Below are positions 27,680-38,365 of a DNA stretch of 64,000 bases, piece by piece (positions within the stretch are counted from its first letter, which is position 1; every line of letters starts with the position of its first letter). The position numbers were made by a program, and so were the translations under genes. The notes beneath the pieces are model-generated. The model saw nothing but the letters and a program-made list of their open reading frames with translations, made no database searches and was not told the origin of the DNA. Source of the stretch: Pseudomonas aeruginosa PAO1 (lineage in GTDB: Bacteria; Pseudomonadota; Gammaproteobacteria; Pseudomonadales; Pseudomonadaceae); assembly GCF_000006765.1 (NCBI RefSeq), contig NC_002516.2; one strand, 5' to 3'.

Positions 27680-29737
27680 ATGAAACGCAGGAGTGTGCTC
27701 TTGTCGGGTGTCGCCCTGAGTGGAACCGCACTGGCCAATGACTCGATATTCTTTTCACCCTTGAAATACCTCGGGGCGGAACAACAGCGATCTATCGATG
27801 CCTCGCGAAGTTTGCTGGACAACCTGATTCCGCCGAGTTTGCCGCAATATGACAACCTGGCCGGAAAGTTGGCGCGGCGTGCGGTATTGACCAGCAAGAA
27901 ACTGGTATATGTCTGGACCGAGAACTTCGGCAATGTCAAAGGCGTGCCGATGGCCCGCTCGGTGCCGCTGGGCGAGTTGCCGAATGTCGACTGGCTGTTG
28001 AAGACCGCCGGGGTGATCGTCGAGCTGATCGTCAATTTCGTCGCCTCGTTGCCGGCGTCGGCCGCAGCGCAGTTCGAGCGGATCGCCACCGGGCTCAGCG
28101 GTGACCTGGAGGCGGCGCGCCAGGTCCACGAGGCGTTGCTGGAGGAGGCGAAGAACGATCCGGCCGCGGCCGGCAGCCTGCTGCTGCGCTTCACGGAGTT
28201 GCAGACGCGGGTGATCGCCATACTGACGCGGGTCGGCCTGCTGGTCGACGATATTCTCAAGAGCGCCAGCAACCTGGTTACCCAGAGGGGGCAGGGCGAC
28301 GGCCTGAATCGCTTCCGCGCGGTGTTCGGCACCCTGCGCCTGCCGGAGGTCGCCGACAGCTTCCGTGACGACGAAGCGTTCGCCTACTGGCGGGTGGCCG
28401 GGCCTAATCCGCTGCTGATCCGTCGCGTCGATGCGCTGCCGGCCAACTTTCCGCTGGGCGAGGAGCAGTTCCGCCGGGTGATGGGCGCCGACGACAGCTT
28501 GCTGGAGGCCGCCGCCAGCCGCCGCCTGTATCTGCTGGACTACGCCGAGCTGGGCAAGCTGGCGCCGTCGGGAGCGGTGGACAAACTGCTCACCGGGACG
28601 GGCTTCGCCTATGCGCCGATCGCCCTGTTCGCCCTTGGCAAGGATCGGGCGAGGCTATTGCCGGTGGCCATCCAGTGCGGTCAGGACCCCGCTACCCATC
28701 CGATGTTCGTGCGTCCCGCCGAGTCGGAGAGTGATCTGTACTGGGGTTGGCAGATGGCCAAGACGGTGGTCCAGGTCGCCGAGGAGAACTACCACGAGAT
28801 GTTCGTCCACCTGGCCCAGACCCACCTGGTGAGCGAGGCGTTCTGCCTGGCCACCCAGCGCACCCTGGCGCCCAGCCATCCGCTGCACGTCCTGCTCGCC
28901 CCGCACTTCGAGGGCACCCTGTTCATCAACGAGGGGGCGGCGCGGATCCTGTTGCCCAGCGCGGGCTTCATCGACGTGATGTTCGCCGCGCCGATCCAGG
29001 ACACCCAGGCCACCGCCGGCGGCAATCGGCTGGGTTTCGACTTCTACCGCGGCATGTTGCCGGAGAGCCTGAAGGCGCGGAACGTCGACGACCCGCTGGC
29101 GCTACCGGACTACCCCTATCGCGACGACGGCCTGCTGGTATGGAATGCCATCCGCCAGTGGGCGGCCGACTACGTGGCGGTGTACTACGCCAGCGACGGC
29201 GACGTCACCGCTGACGTCGAACTGGCGGCCTGGGTCGGCGAAGTGATCGGCAGCGGCAAGGTGGCCGGGTTCCGCCCGATCACCGGTCGCAGCCAACTGG
29301 TCGAGGTGCTGACCATGGTGATCTTCACTGCCTCCGCGCAGCATGCGGCGGTCAATTTTCCCCAGCCTTCGATGATGACCTACGCACCAGCCATCTGTGC
29401 CATGAGCGCGGCGCCGGCACCGGACTCGCCAAGCGGCAAGAGCGAGGCCGATTGGTTGAAGATGATGCCGCCGACCCTGGTGGCGCTGGAGAAGGTGAAC
29501 ATCTATCACCTGCTCGGTTCGGTCTACCACGGTCGCCTGGGCGACTACCGGCAGACCGGGTTCCCCTACGCGCCGGTGTTTTCGGACAGGCGGGTGACCG
29601 CCAGCGGCGGCCCGCTGGAGCGCTTCCAGGCACGCCTGAAGGAGGTCGAGGCGACCATTCGCACGCGCAACCAGGCGCGCCGCAGGCCCTACGAGTACCT
29701 GTTGCCGAGCCGGATCCCGGCGAGCACCAATATCTGA
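27680..29737 (+). CDS. loxA: Secreted lipoxygenase
   Basis: 685 aa; [11 protein letters not shown] and HAAVN iron ligands, C-terminal STNI; RR-containing signal peptide. Confidence 0.97.
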
Positions 29738-29751
29738 GCCGGAGAAAGAGG

Positions 29752-29775
29752 ACGGGGCGCCCCTGGGCGCCCCGT
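29752..29775. terminator. GC-rich hairpin between convergent loxA and the TerC gene
   Basis: ACGGGGCGCCC-CT-GGGCGCCCCGT. Confidence 0.55.
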
Positions 29776-29780
29776 TGCTC

Positions 29781-30515
29781 TTAGCGGCCTTCGCTTTCGG
29801 CGGCGTCCGCCGGCGCGGCATGCCGCTGCTTCAACTGGCGGCGCGCCAGGAGGCTGCCGAGGAGGATCACGAACAGCGCGCCGAAGGCCGCCGCACCGTA
29901 GTGCAGGTAGGAATCCCATTGCGCGTAGGGCGCCAGCCAGGGCTTCAGGGCGCTGTCGGTGAGCAGCATGCCGCCGGCGATCCAGCCGAGCAGGCCGCCG
30001 CCGAAGAGGATGATCAGCGGGAAGCGGTCGATCAGGCGCAGGATCAGCTGGCTGCCCCAGACGATGATCGGGATGCTGATCAGCACGCCCAGGGAGACCA
30101 GGAAGAAATCCCCGGCCGAGGCGGCGGACAGGGCGATGACGTTGTCCAGGCTCATCACCGCGTCGGCGATGATGATGGTCTTGATCGCGCCGAGCAGGTG
30201 GGTGCTGCCCTTGATGTCGTCGCCGTTCTCCTCCTCCGGCAGCAGCAGCTTGATGCCGATCCACAGCAGCAGGAGCGCGCCGATTACCTTGAGGTAGGGC
30301 AGGTCGAGCAGGTGCAGGGCGAAGAACAGCAGCAGGATGCGGATCAGGATGGCGCCGGCGACGCCACCGAAGATCGCCTGCTTGCGCCGGTGCGCCGGCA
30401 GGTGCCGGCAGGCGAGGGCGATGACTACGGCGTTGTCGCCGCCCAGGAGGATATCGATGGCGACGATCTGCAGCAGGGCTGTCCAGAACGTCGGGTCGCT
30501 CAACCAGTGGATCAA
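29781..30515 (-). CDS. TerC-family membrane protein
   Basis: Probable TTG start at 30515 after GGAG; DILLGGDNAVVIALAC, ADAVMSLDNV and SIPIIVWGS motifs. Confidence 0.88.
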   Translation of the reverse strand: MIHWLSDPTFWTALLQIVAIDILLGGDNAVVIALACRHLPAHRRKQAIFGGVAGAILIRILLLFFALHLLDLPYLKVIGALLLLWIGIKLLLPEEENGDDIKGSTHLLGAIKTIIIADAVMSLDNVIALSAASAGDFFLVSLGVLISIPIIVWGSQLILRLIDRFPLIILFGGGLLGWIAGGMLLTDSALKPWLAPYAQWDSYLHYGAAAFGALFVILLGSLLARRQLKQRHAAPADAAESEGR

Positions 30516-30971
30516 GGTTGTACTCCGAAACGTGTAGTGAGGGTGGAAAGCCCGGGGCGGTGGCGGGTGGCGGCCGCCCGGCTTTCCTGCGGTGGTCTGG
30601 GACCGTCGGGGCCGGCTCCGGCTTGTGGACGGAGGCGGGGAACACTGCTTGGACCGGCGAACGCCCGGCCAGTGCCCGGAAAACGGACGCGCGGGTGGCG
30701 CAGCGCGTTCGGGCACGGATGTGACGCGGCGGATCGGCCGCGAGACACCCGGCATGCGTATTCCATCGCCAGTCTGCCCGAGCAAGGTTTCACCCGCCTT
30801 TCAGGGCGGAGATGGCGCCGCACCCGGCGGGACGGTAGGCTAGTGGCCCGTGTGGCTGACTCGACCAGTCGAACGCCGATCACCGAGTCAACCGTACAGG
30901 CCACCAGGCCTTCGGCGCCGGGGGAAGCCCGCCGGTGCCATGGATGACCGTTCACCGTACAAGGAAACCCC

Positions 30972-32168
30972 ATGCGCAGCCTTCTTCTCTCCTCGCTGGC
31001 CCTGCTACCCGCCCTGGCCCTGGCGCAACCCGACGCCTCGAGCTTCCCTTCCTGCCTCGCCGGCCTGCAGAAGAAGGCCCAGGCGCAGGGCATTTCCGCC
31101 GACAGTTATGAGCGCTTCACCAGCGGCCTGCAGGCCGACCTCAGCGTGCTCGACCTGCTCGACGCGCAGCCGGAGTTCACCACCCCGCTGTGGGACTACC
31201 TGGCCGGCCTGGTGGACGAGCAGCGGGTCAGCGATGGCAAGGCGATGCTCGCCCAGCACGACAAGCTGCTCGACCAGGTGGCCGCGCGCTACGGCGTGGA
31301 CAAGTACACGGTGGTGGCGGTGTGGGGCGTGGAAAGCGACTACGGGCGGATCTTCGGCAAGCGTCCGCTGCTGACCTCGCTGTCGACCCTGTCCTGCTAC
31401 GGGCGCCGCCAGTCGTTCTTCCAGGGCGAGTTCCTCGCCACCCTGAAGCTGTTGCAGGCCGGCGACATCCGCGACGCCGGCATCACCGGCTCCTGGGCCG
31501 GGGCCTTCGGCCATACCCAGTTCATGCCATCGACCTACGCGCGGATCGCCGTGGACTTCGACGGCGACGGTCGCCGCGACCTGGTAGGCAGCGTGCCGGA
31601 TGCCCTCGGTTCCACCGCCAACTACCTGAAGAAGGCTGGCTGGCGCACGGGACAGCCGTGGGGCTATGAAGTGAAGGTGCCGGCCGACTTCCCCGCCAGC
31701 CTGGCCGGGCGCGGCAAGCGCCAGCCGCTGTCGGCCTGGGTCGCCCGTGGGGTGAGGCGGGTCGACGGCCAGCCGCTGCCGGGCGGCGACGAGAAGGCCG
31801 CGATCCTCCTGCCGGCCGGGGCCCAGGGCCCGGCCTTCCTGGTCTATCGCAACTACGATGCGATCTATTCCTACAACGCCGCGGAAAGCTACGCGCTGGC
31901 CATCGCCCTGCTTTCCGACCGCCTGCGCGGCGGCAGCGGCCTGGTGGCGTCCTGGCCGACCGACGACCCGGGCATCAGCCGGCTCGAGCGCAAGCAATTG
32001 CAGAAGGCGTTGCTGGCGCGCGGCTACGACATCGGCGAGGCCGACGGGCTGATCGGCACCAGCACGCGCAAGGCGATCCAGGCCGAGCAGAAGCGCCTCG
32101 GCCTGACCCCGGCCGACGGTCGCGCCGGGCGCAAGATCCTCGAGGCGCTGAAGGGCGCCCAGCCCTGA
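30972..32168 (+). CDS. sltB2: Lytic murein transglycosylase (SltB family, with PG-binding domain)
   Basis: AVWGVESDYG, GSWAGAFGHTQFMPS, STANYL and a C-terminal PG-binding domain. Confidence 0.88.
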   Translation: MRSLLLSSLALLPALALAQPDASSFPSCLAGLQKKAQAQGISADSYERFTSGLQADLSVLDLLDAQPEFTTPLWDYLAGLVDEQRVSDGKAMLAQHDKLLDQVAARYGVDKYTVVAVWGVESDYGRIFGKRPLLTSLSTLSCYGRRQSFFQGEFLATLKLLQAGDIRDAGITGSWAGAFGHTQFMPSTYARIAVDFDGDGRRDLVGSVPDALGSTANYLKKAGWRTGQPWGYEVKVPADFPASLAGRGKRQPLSAWVARGVRRVDGQPLPGGDEKAAILLPAGAQGPAFLVYRNYDAIYSYNAAESYALAIALLSDRLRGGSGLVASWPTDDPGISRLERKQLQKALLARGYDIGEADGLIGTSTRKAIQAEQKRLGLTPADGRAGRKILEALKGAQP

Positions 32169-32199
32169 TTGCGCCGCGCCGCCCGGTCCGCGGGCGGCG

Positions 32200-32796
32200 C
32201 TACCAGCCCTTCACCCCGGTCATGTCCGGCAGGTGGTGGGCGATCCCCTTGTGGCAGTCGATGCAGGTGGCTTCGCCGCTGGCCAGGGCGGTGGAGTGCA
32301 TCTGCCGCGCGCGCACGCTCTGCCGGGTGAAGTCCATGAACTCGAAGTTGTGGCAGTTGCGGCATTCCAGCGAATCGTTGGCCTTGAGTCGTGCCCATTC
32401 GTGCTCGGCCAGCTCGCGGCGGTGATCGAGGAATTTCTCGCGGGTGTTGATGGTGCCGAAGATCTTGCCCCAGACCTCCTTGGAGGCCTGCATCTTGCGC
32501 GCGATCTTGTCGGTCCACTTGTGTGGCACGTGGCAGTCGGGACAGGTGGCGCGGACTCCGGAACGGTTGCTGTAGTGGATGGTGTCCTTGAGTTCGACGA
32601 ACACGTTGTCGCGCATCTCGTGGCAGGAAATGCAGAAGGTCTCGGTGTTGGTCGCCTCCAGGGCGGTGTTGAAGCCGCCCCAGAAGACGATCCCGGCGAT
32701 GAAGCCGCCGAGGGTGAGGAAGCCCAGGCTGAAATGCACGCTGGGACGACGCAGGACCCGCCAGTAACCGGCCAGCCAGGCGATGAGTGCTTTCAT
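32200..32796 (-). CDS. napC: Tetraheme cytochrome c
   Basis: Start MKALIAWL; four CxxCH motifs; NapC/NirT family. Confidence 0.95.
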   Translation of the reverse strand: MKALIAWLAGYWRVLRRPSVHFSLGFLTLGGFIAGIVFWGGFNTALEATNTETFCISCHEMRDNVFVELKDTIHYSNRSGVRATCPDCHVPHKWTDKIARKMQASKEVWGKIFGTINTREKFLDHRRELAEHEWARLKANDSLECRNCHNFEFMDFTRQSVRARQMHSTALASGEATCIDCHKGIAHHLPDMTGVKGW

Positions 32797-32806
32797 GCGG
32801 CCTCCC

Positions 32807-33298
32807 TCAGGGTTTGCGCGCCGCATTGGCGGCTTCTTTCTCGAGGATCTGGTCGATGTTCTCGAAGCGGTTGTCGACCAGCGGCTTTACGTCCTGTTGC
32901 GGCACATGGCACTGCACGCAGAAGTAGCGGCGCGGCGAGACGGCGGCCAGCGGCTGGCCGTCGCGGTCCATGTAGTGGGTGATGCTGATCATCACCGCCT
33001 GGGTTCGCGCGCTGTTGGCGCGGCTGTGGCAGGACAGGCACTTGTTGCTGTCCTTGTCGATGCGATAGCCGACGATGCTGTGGGGAATGGTCGGCGGCTG
33101 CTCGGGGTAGTTGCGCTCGCGTTTCAGGTCCTTGTTTTCCTCGGCCGCCAGCGGCGGCGCGGGGCGGCTTTCGGCCAGCGTGCCGCCGGGGCGGCGGCCG
33201 TCGGGGGCGGGCGCGTCCAGCGGGTAGCCGAGGTCGGCGGCGAAGGCCGCGGGGGCGCCGAGCAGGACGAGGAGCAGGGCAGTCAGCAGAGGTTTCAT
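32807..33298 (-). CDS. napB: Diheme cytochrome c subunit of periplasmic nitrate reductase
   Basis: QPPTIPH, CLSCH and [12 protein letters not shown]. Confidence 0.96.
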   Translation of the reverse strand: MKPLLTALLLVLLGAPAAFAADLGYPLDAPAPDGRRPGGTLAESRPAPPLAAEENKDLKRERNYPEQPPTIPHSIVGYRIDKDSNKCLSCHSRANSARTQAVMISITHYMDRDGQPLAAVSPRRYFCVQCHVPQQDVKPLVDNRFENIDQILEKEAANAARKP

Positions 33299-33308
33299 GG
33301 CGCGCTCC

Positions 33309-35814
33309 TCAGGCCAGGTTGAGCAGTTCGATGCGAACGGCGCACTTCTTGTAGTCGGTCTGCTTGGAAATCGGGTCGGTGGCGTCCAGGGTGACCTTGT
33401 TGATCAGCTTGTTGGCGTCGAAGAACGGCACGAACACCAGCCCCTGGGGCGGCTTGTTGCGCCCGCGGGTCTCGACCCGCGCGCGGATCTCGCCGCGCCG
33501 GCTCACCACCTTGACCTCGCTGCCGCGGCGCAGCTTGAGCTGGCGCGCATCCTCCGGGTGCATGTAGACCAGCGCGTCGGGCACCGCCTTGTACAGCTCC
33601 GGGACCCGCGCGGTCATGCTCCCGGTGTGCCAGTGTTCGAGCACCCGGCCGGTGGCGAGCCAGAACGGGTAGTCCTGGTCCGGCGCCTCGGCCGGCGGCT
33701 CGTAGGGCAGGGCGAAGACGATCGCCTTCTTGTCCGGATAGCCATAGAACTGCACGCCGCTGCCCTTGCTCACGTAGGGGTCGTAGCCCTCGCGGTAGCG
33801 CCAGCGGGTCTCCTTGCCGTCCACCACCGGCCAGCGCAGGCCGCGCGCCTCGTGGTAGGCGTCGAAGGGGGCGAGGTCGTGGCCGTGGCCGCGACCGAAG
33901 GCGGCGTATTCCTCGAACAGACCCTTCTGGATATAGAAGCCGAATGCGTCGACCTCGTCGTTGGCATAGCCCTTGGCCAGGTCGCTGGCCGGGAAGCGGT
34001 CGACCTGGCCGTTGCGGAACAGCACGTCGTAGAGGGTCTTGCCCTTCAGCTCGGGGGCCTTCGCCAGCAGTTCCGCGGGCCAGACCTCGTCGGTGGTGAA
34101 GCGCTTGGAGAATTCCACCAGCTGCCAGAGGTCGGACTTCGCCTCGCCCGGTGCCTTCACCAACTGGTGCCAGAACTGCGTGCGGCGCTCGGCATTGCCG
34201 AAGGCGCCTTCCTTCTCCACCCACATGGCGCTGGGCAGGATCAGGTCGGCGGCCTGGGCCGAGACGGTGGGGTAGACGTCGGAGACGATCACGAAGTTGT
34301 CCGGGTTGCGCCAGCCGGGCAGCACTTCCTGCATCACGTTGGGACCGGCCTGCATGTTGTTGCTGACCTGGGTCCAGTAGACGTTGAGCACGCCGTCCTT
34401 GAGCATCCGGCTCTGCTGCACGGCGTGGAAGCCGACCTTCTCCTGGATGGTGCCGGCCGGCACCTTCCAGATCTTCTCCGCGGTTTCCCGGTGCTTCGGG
34501 TTGGTCACCACCAGGTCGGCGGGGAGCCGGTGGGAGAAGGTGCCGACCTCGCGCGCGGTGCCGCAGGCCGAGGGCTGGCCGGTGAGCGAGAAGGGGCTGT
34601 TGCCCGGTTCGCTGATCTTCCCGGTGAGCAGGTGGATGTTGTAGATCAGGTTGTTCGCCCAGACCCCGCGGGTGTGCTGGTTGAAGCCCATGGTCCAGAA
34701 CGACACCACCTTGCGCTTGGGGTCGGCGTAGAGTTCGGCGAGGGCCTTCAGCCGCTCGGCGGGCACGCCGCTTTCGCGCGCGGTGCGCTCCAGGGTATAG
34801 GGCTTGACGAACTCGGCGAAGGCCTTGAAGTCGATGTCGCTCCAGGTGTTGGCCTTGTCGGCGTTCTTCGCCTTCTTCTCCAGCGGGTCGTCCGGGCGCA
34901 GGCCGTAGCCGATGTCCTCGGCGCCATGGGCGAAGCGCACGTGGCGCTCGACGAAGTCGCGGTTCACCGCGCCGCTCTCGATGATGTGGTTGGCGATGTA
35001 GTTGAGGATGATCAGGTCGGTCTGCGGCTTGAACACCATGGGCAGGTCGGCCAGCTCGAAGCTGCGGTGCTCGAAGGTGGACAGCACCGCGACCTTGACC
35101 TGCGGCGCGCTGAGCCGGCGGTCGGTGACCCGCGACCAGAGCACCGGGTGCATCTCGGCCATGTTCGAGCCCCAGAGGACGAAGCTGTCGGTGGCCTCGA
35201 TGTCGTCGTAGCAGCCCATCGGCTCGTCCATGCCGAAGCTGCGCATGAAGCCCATCACCGCCGAGGCCATGCAGTGGCGGGCGTTGGGGTCGATGTTGTT
35301 GCTGCGCAGGCCGGCCTTGAACAGCTTGTTCGCCGCATAGCCTTCCCAGACCGTCCACTGGCCGGAGCCGAACATGCCGACCGACTCCGGTCCCTTGGCC
35401 TTGAGCGCGGCCTTGAACTTCTCGGCCATGATGTCGAAGGCCTGTTCCCAACTGATCGGCTGGAACTCGCCCTGCTTGTCGAACTTGCCGTCCTTCATGC
35501 GCAGCAGCGGGCGGGTCAGGCGGTCGCTGCCGTACATGATCTTCGACAGGAAGTAGCCCTTCACGCAGTTGATCCCGCGGTTGACCTCGGCCTTGATGTC
35601 GCCATGGGTGGCCACCACCTGGCCGTCGCGGGTGGCGACCATCACGCTGCAACCGGTGCCGCAGAAGCGGCAGGGGGCCTTGTTCCAGACCAGGCTGGTG
35701 ACGTCCGCCTCGGTCACCAGGTTGCTGGCGCGGACCAGGATCGGCAGGCCGGCCGCCGCCGCGGCGAATGGCGGCGGCGTTGGCCTTGGCGAATTCACGA
35801 CGGGTGAGGTTCAT
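33309..35814 (-). CDS. napA: Periplasmic nitrate reductase catalytic subunit; frameshifted near the 5' end in this sequence
   Basis: [16 protein letters not shown] (Tat motif) from 35814 is out of frame with the body ([13 protein letters not shown]). Removing one A at 35767-35768 restores an 834-aa ORF. Confidence 0.95.
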
Positions 35815-36124
35815 CGATTGTCTCCTCGGGCGAGCACGGTATCGCGCGGTCGGTCATGGCCGCCGCGTCGTTGCTATCGTCGTCGTGCAGGATCTCGTGG
35901 TAGACCAGCACGGCGTTGAGCACTCCTGGCAGGTTCTGCAACTGGCCCAGGGTGTCGAGAATCTGTTCTTCGCGTTCGGCTTCCAGCACCAGGATCAGCT
36001 TGCCCTGCGGGCTTTCCTGGTAGATCTCCAGGCCGTCGAGCAGCGCCAGGTTGGCCTTCACCGCCGGCAGTCGCTCGGGTCGGCAATGCAGGATGAGGCT
36101 GGCGATCTGCAGGGCTTCAGGCAT
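35795..36124 (-). CDS. napD: NapA signal-peptide chaperone
   Basis: [13 protein letters not shown]...GKLILVLE...[10 protein letters not shown]. Confidence 0.92.
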   Translation of the reverse strand: MPEALQIASLILHCRPERLPAVKANLALLDGLEIYQESPQGKLILVLEAEREEQILDTLGQLQNLPGVLNAVLVYHEILHDDDSNDAAAMTDRAIPCSPEETIDEPHPS

Positions 36125-36608
36125 GTCGTGGAGACTCCTTGGTGGATAGCGCGCGCAGTTGGATGGCCTGGCTCGGACAGGGCGCCAGGCAGGCGCCGCA
36201 GCCGTTGCAGCGCTGGCTGTCCAGCTCGGCCAGGGCGACGCCGCCGGGGGCCGGGCGGAAGCGGATCGCGGCGGGTTCGCAGGCGTCCTGGCAACTGCGG
36301 CAGTGGATCCCGGCCAGGGCCAGGCAGGCTTCGCCGATCGTGGCGATCCAGGGGAAGGCCGGGCGCGCGCCATCGAACAGGCCGGCCTCGCAGCGGCTGG
36401 CGCATTCCCCGCACAGCGTGCAGCCGGCGCTGGAGAGGTCGAGTTCGACGAGCCGACCGGCGCCGAGCTTCAGCACGCCTTCCGGGCAGGCCCCGACGCA
36501 GGCGGCGCAGCCTGTGCAGCCTGCGGCGAAGTCGGCGGCGGTCCACGGCGGGCGACGCGTCGGCGGGTGCCCGCCGAGGCGGCGGAACAGCTCTCGGCGA
36601 CTGCTCAT
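36117..36608 (-). CDS. napF: Ferredoxin-type protein
   Basis: RRPPWT and multiple CxxCxxCxxxCP clusters. Confidence 0.94.
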   Translation of the reverse strand: MSSRRELFRRLGGHPPTRRPPWTAADFAAGCTGCAACVGACPEGVLKLGAGRLVELDLSSAGCTLCGECASRCEAGLFDGARPAFPWIATIGEACLALAGIHCRSCQDACEPAAIRFRPAPGGVALAELDSQRCNGCGACLAPCPSQAIQLRALSTKESPRHA

Positions 36609-36616
36609 ACCCGACC

Positions 36617-36784
36617 TCAGGCCGGCGGCCCGGGCGGGCCGGCCAGTAGCTGGTACATCCAGACGCAGAAACCGAAGCCGCCGACCAGTGCGACGGACAG
36701 CAGCGGGAACAGGCAGATCACGAGAAACAGGAAGAGCCTGGCTTCCATGCCCTTGACGCGTCCCTGGTCGGGTTGTTCGTTCAT
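36617..36784 (-). CDS. napE: NapE small membrane protein
   Basis: MNEQP...FLFLVICLFPLLSVALVGGFGFCVWMYQLLAGPPGPP. Confidence 0.9.
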   Translation of the reverse strand: MNEQPDQGRVKGMEARLFLFLVICLFPLLSVALVGGFGFCVWMYQLLAGPPGPPA

Positions 36785-36906
36785 TGGCCCAGCCTCTATG
36801 CAGGCGACTGTAGAAAGCCTAGACCCTACTTGTAGTACGGGCAAAAACCTCGCCGAGCCGGCGCGCGGCAGCCTGGAAACAGAGCGTTCGCCGGCAAACG
36901 CGAGTC

Positions 36907-36945
36907 GTTCAGCCCGGGTTCAGCAAGCGTTCAGGGGCGGTTCAG
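36907..36945 (+). promoter_or_regulatory. PhoP-binding direct repeats upstream of oprH
   Basis: GTTCAG at 36907, 36918, 36929 and 36940 (11-bp period). Confidence 0.85.
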
Positions 36946-37005
36946 TACCCTGTCCGTACTCTGCAAGCCGTGAACGACACGACTCTCGCAGAACGGAGAA
37001 ACACC

Positions 37006-37608
37006 ATGAAAGCACTCAAGACTCTCTTCATCGCCACCGCCCTGCTGGGTTCCGCCGCCGGCGTCCAGGCCGCCGACAACTTCGTCGGCCTGACCTGGGG
37101 CGAGACCAGCAACAACATCCAGAAATCCAAGTCGCTGAACCGCAACCTGAACAGCCCGAACCTCGACAAGGTGATCGACAACACCGGCACCTGGGGCATC
37201 CGCGCCGGCCAGCAGTTCGAGCAGGGCCGCTACTACGCGACCTACGAGAACATCTCCGACACCAGCAGCGGCAACAAGCTGCGCCAGCAGAACCTGCTCG
37301 GCAGCTACGACGCCTTCCTGCCGATCGGCGACAACAACACCAAGCTGTTCGGCGGTGCCACCCTCGGCCTGGTCAAGCTGGAACAGGACGGCAAGGGCTT
37401 CAAGCGCGACAGCGATGTCGGCTACGCTGCCGGGCTGCAGGCCGGTATCCTGCAGGAGCTGAGCAAGAATGCCTCGATCGAAGGCGGCTATCGTTACCTG
37501 CGCACCAACGCCAGCACCGAGATGACCCCGCATGGCGGCAACAAGCTGGGCTCCCTGGACCTGCACAGCAGCTCGCAATTCTACCTGGGCGCCAACTACA
37601 AGTTCTAA
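37006..37608 (+). CDS. oprH: Outer membrane protein H1
   Basis: MKALKTLFIATALLGSAAGVQA|ADNFVGLTWG...GANYKF, an 8-stranded barrel. Confidence 0.97.
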   Translation: MKALKTLFIATALLGSAAGVQAADNFVGLTWGETSNNIQKSKSLNRNLNSPNLDKVIDNTGTWGIRAGQQFEQGRYYATYENISDTSSGNKLRQQNLLGSYDAFLPIGDNNTKLFGGATLGLVKLEQDGKGFKRDSDVGYAAGLQAGILQELSKNASIEGGYRYLRTNASTEMTPHGGNKLGSLDLHSSSQFYLGANYKF

Positions 37609-37687
37609 ATGACCGCGCAGCGCCCGCGAGGGCATGCTTCGATGGCCGGGCCGGAAGGTCCGGCCGCATCTCATCCGGAGGAACCTC

Positions 37688-38365
37688 ATGAAACTGCTGG
37701 TAGTGGAAGACGAGGCGCTGTTGCGCCACCACCTCTATACCCGCCTGGGTGAACAGGGGCACGTGGTGGACGCGGTACCGGATGCCGAGGAAGCCCTCTA
37801 CCGGGTCAGCGAATACCACCACGACCTGGCGGTGATCGACCTCGGCCTGCCGGGCATGAGCGGCCTGGACCTGATCCGCGAGCTGCGTTCGCAGGGCAAG
37901 TCCTTCCCGATCCTGATCCTCACCGCCCGCGGCAACTGGCAGGACAAGGTCGAAGGCCTGGCCGCCGGGGCCGACGACTACGTGGTCAAGCCGTTCCAGT
38001 TCGAGGAACTGGAAGCGCGCCTGAACGCGTTGCTGCGACGCTCCTCGGGGTTCGTCCAGTCGACCATCGAGGCCGGCCCCCTGGTCCTCGACCTGAACCG
38101 CAAGCAGGCGCTGGTCGAGGAGCAACCGGTGGCGCTGACCGCCTACGAATACCGCATCCTCGAATACCTCATGCGGCATCACCAGCAGGTGGTGGCCAAG
38201 GAACGCCTGATGGAACAGCTCTATCCCGACGACGAGGAGCGCGACGCCAACGTCATCGAGGTGCTGGTCGGCCGCCTGCGGCGCAAGCTGGAGGCCTGCG
38301 GCGGCTTCAAGCCGATCGATACGGTGCGCGGCCAGGGCTACCTGTTCACCGAGCGCTGCCGGTGA
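37688..38365 (+). CDS. phoP: Response regulator PhoP
   Basis: MKLLVVEDE..., OmpR family, directly downstream of oprH. Confidence 0.96.
   Translation: MKLLVVEDEALLRHHLYTRLGEQGHVVDAVPDAEEALYRVSEYHHDLAVIDLGLPGMSGLDLIRELRSQGKSFPILILTARGNWQDKVEGLAAGADDYVVKPFQFEELEARLNALLRRSSGFVQSTIEAGPLVLDLNRKQALVEEQPVALTAYEYRILEYLMRHHQQVVAKERLMEQLYPDDEERDANVIEVLVGRLRRKLEACGGFKPIDTVRGQGYLFTERCR

Noticed and set aside
35768-35798. napA start giving [11 protein letters not shown]
   Set aside because: Lacks the twin-arginine signal that is present 16 nt upstream in another frame; better explained by a 1-bp insertion.
36907-36945. Tandem repeat/VNTR or mini-CRISPR
   Set aside because: Hexamers at an 11-bp period upstream of oprH-phoPQ are response-regulator binding repeats.
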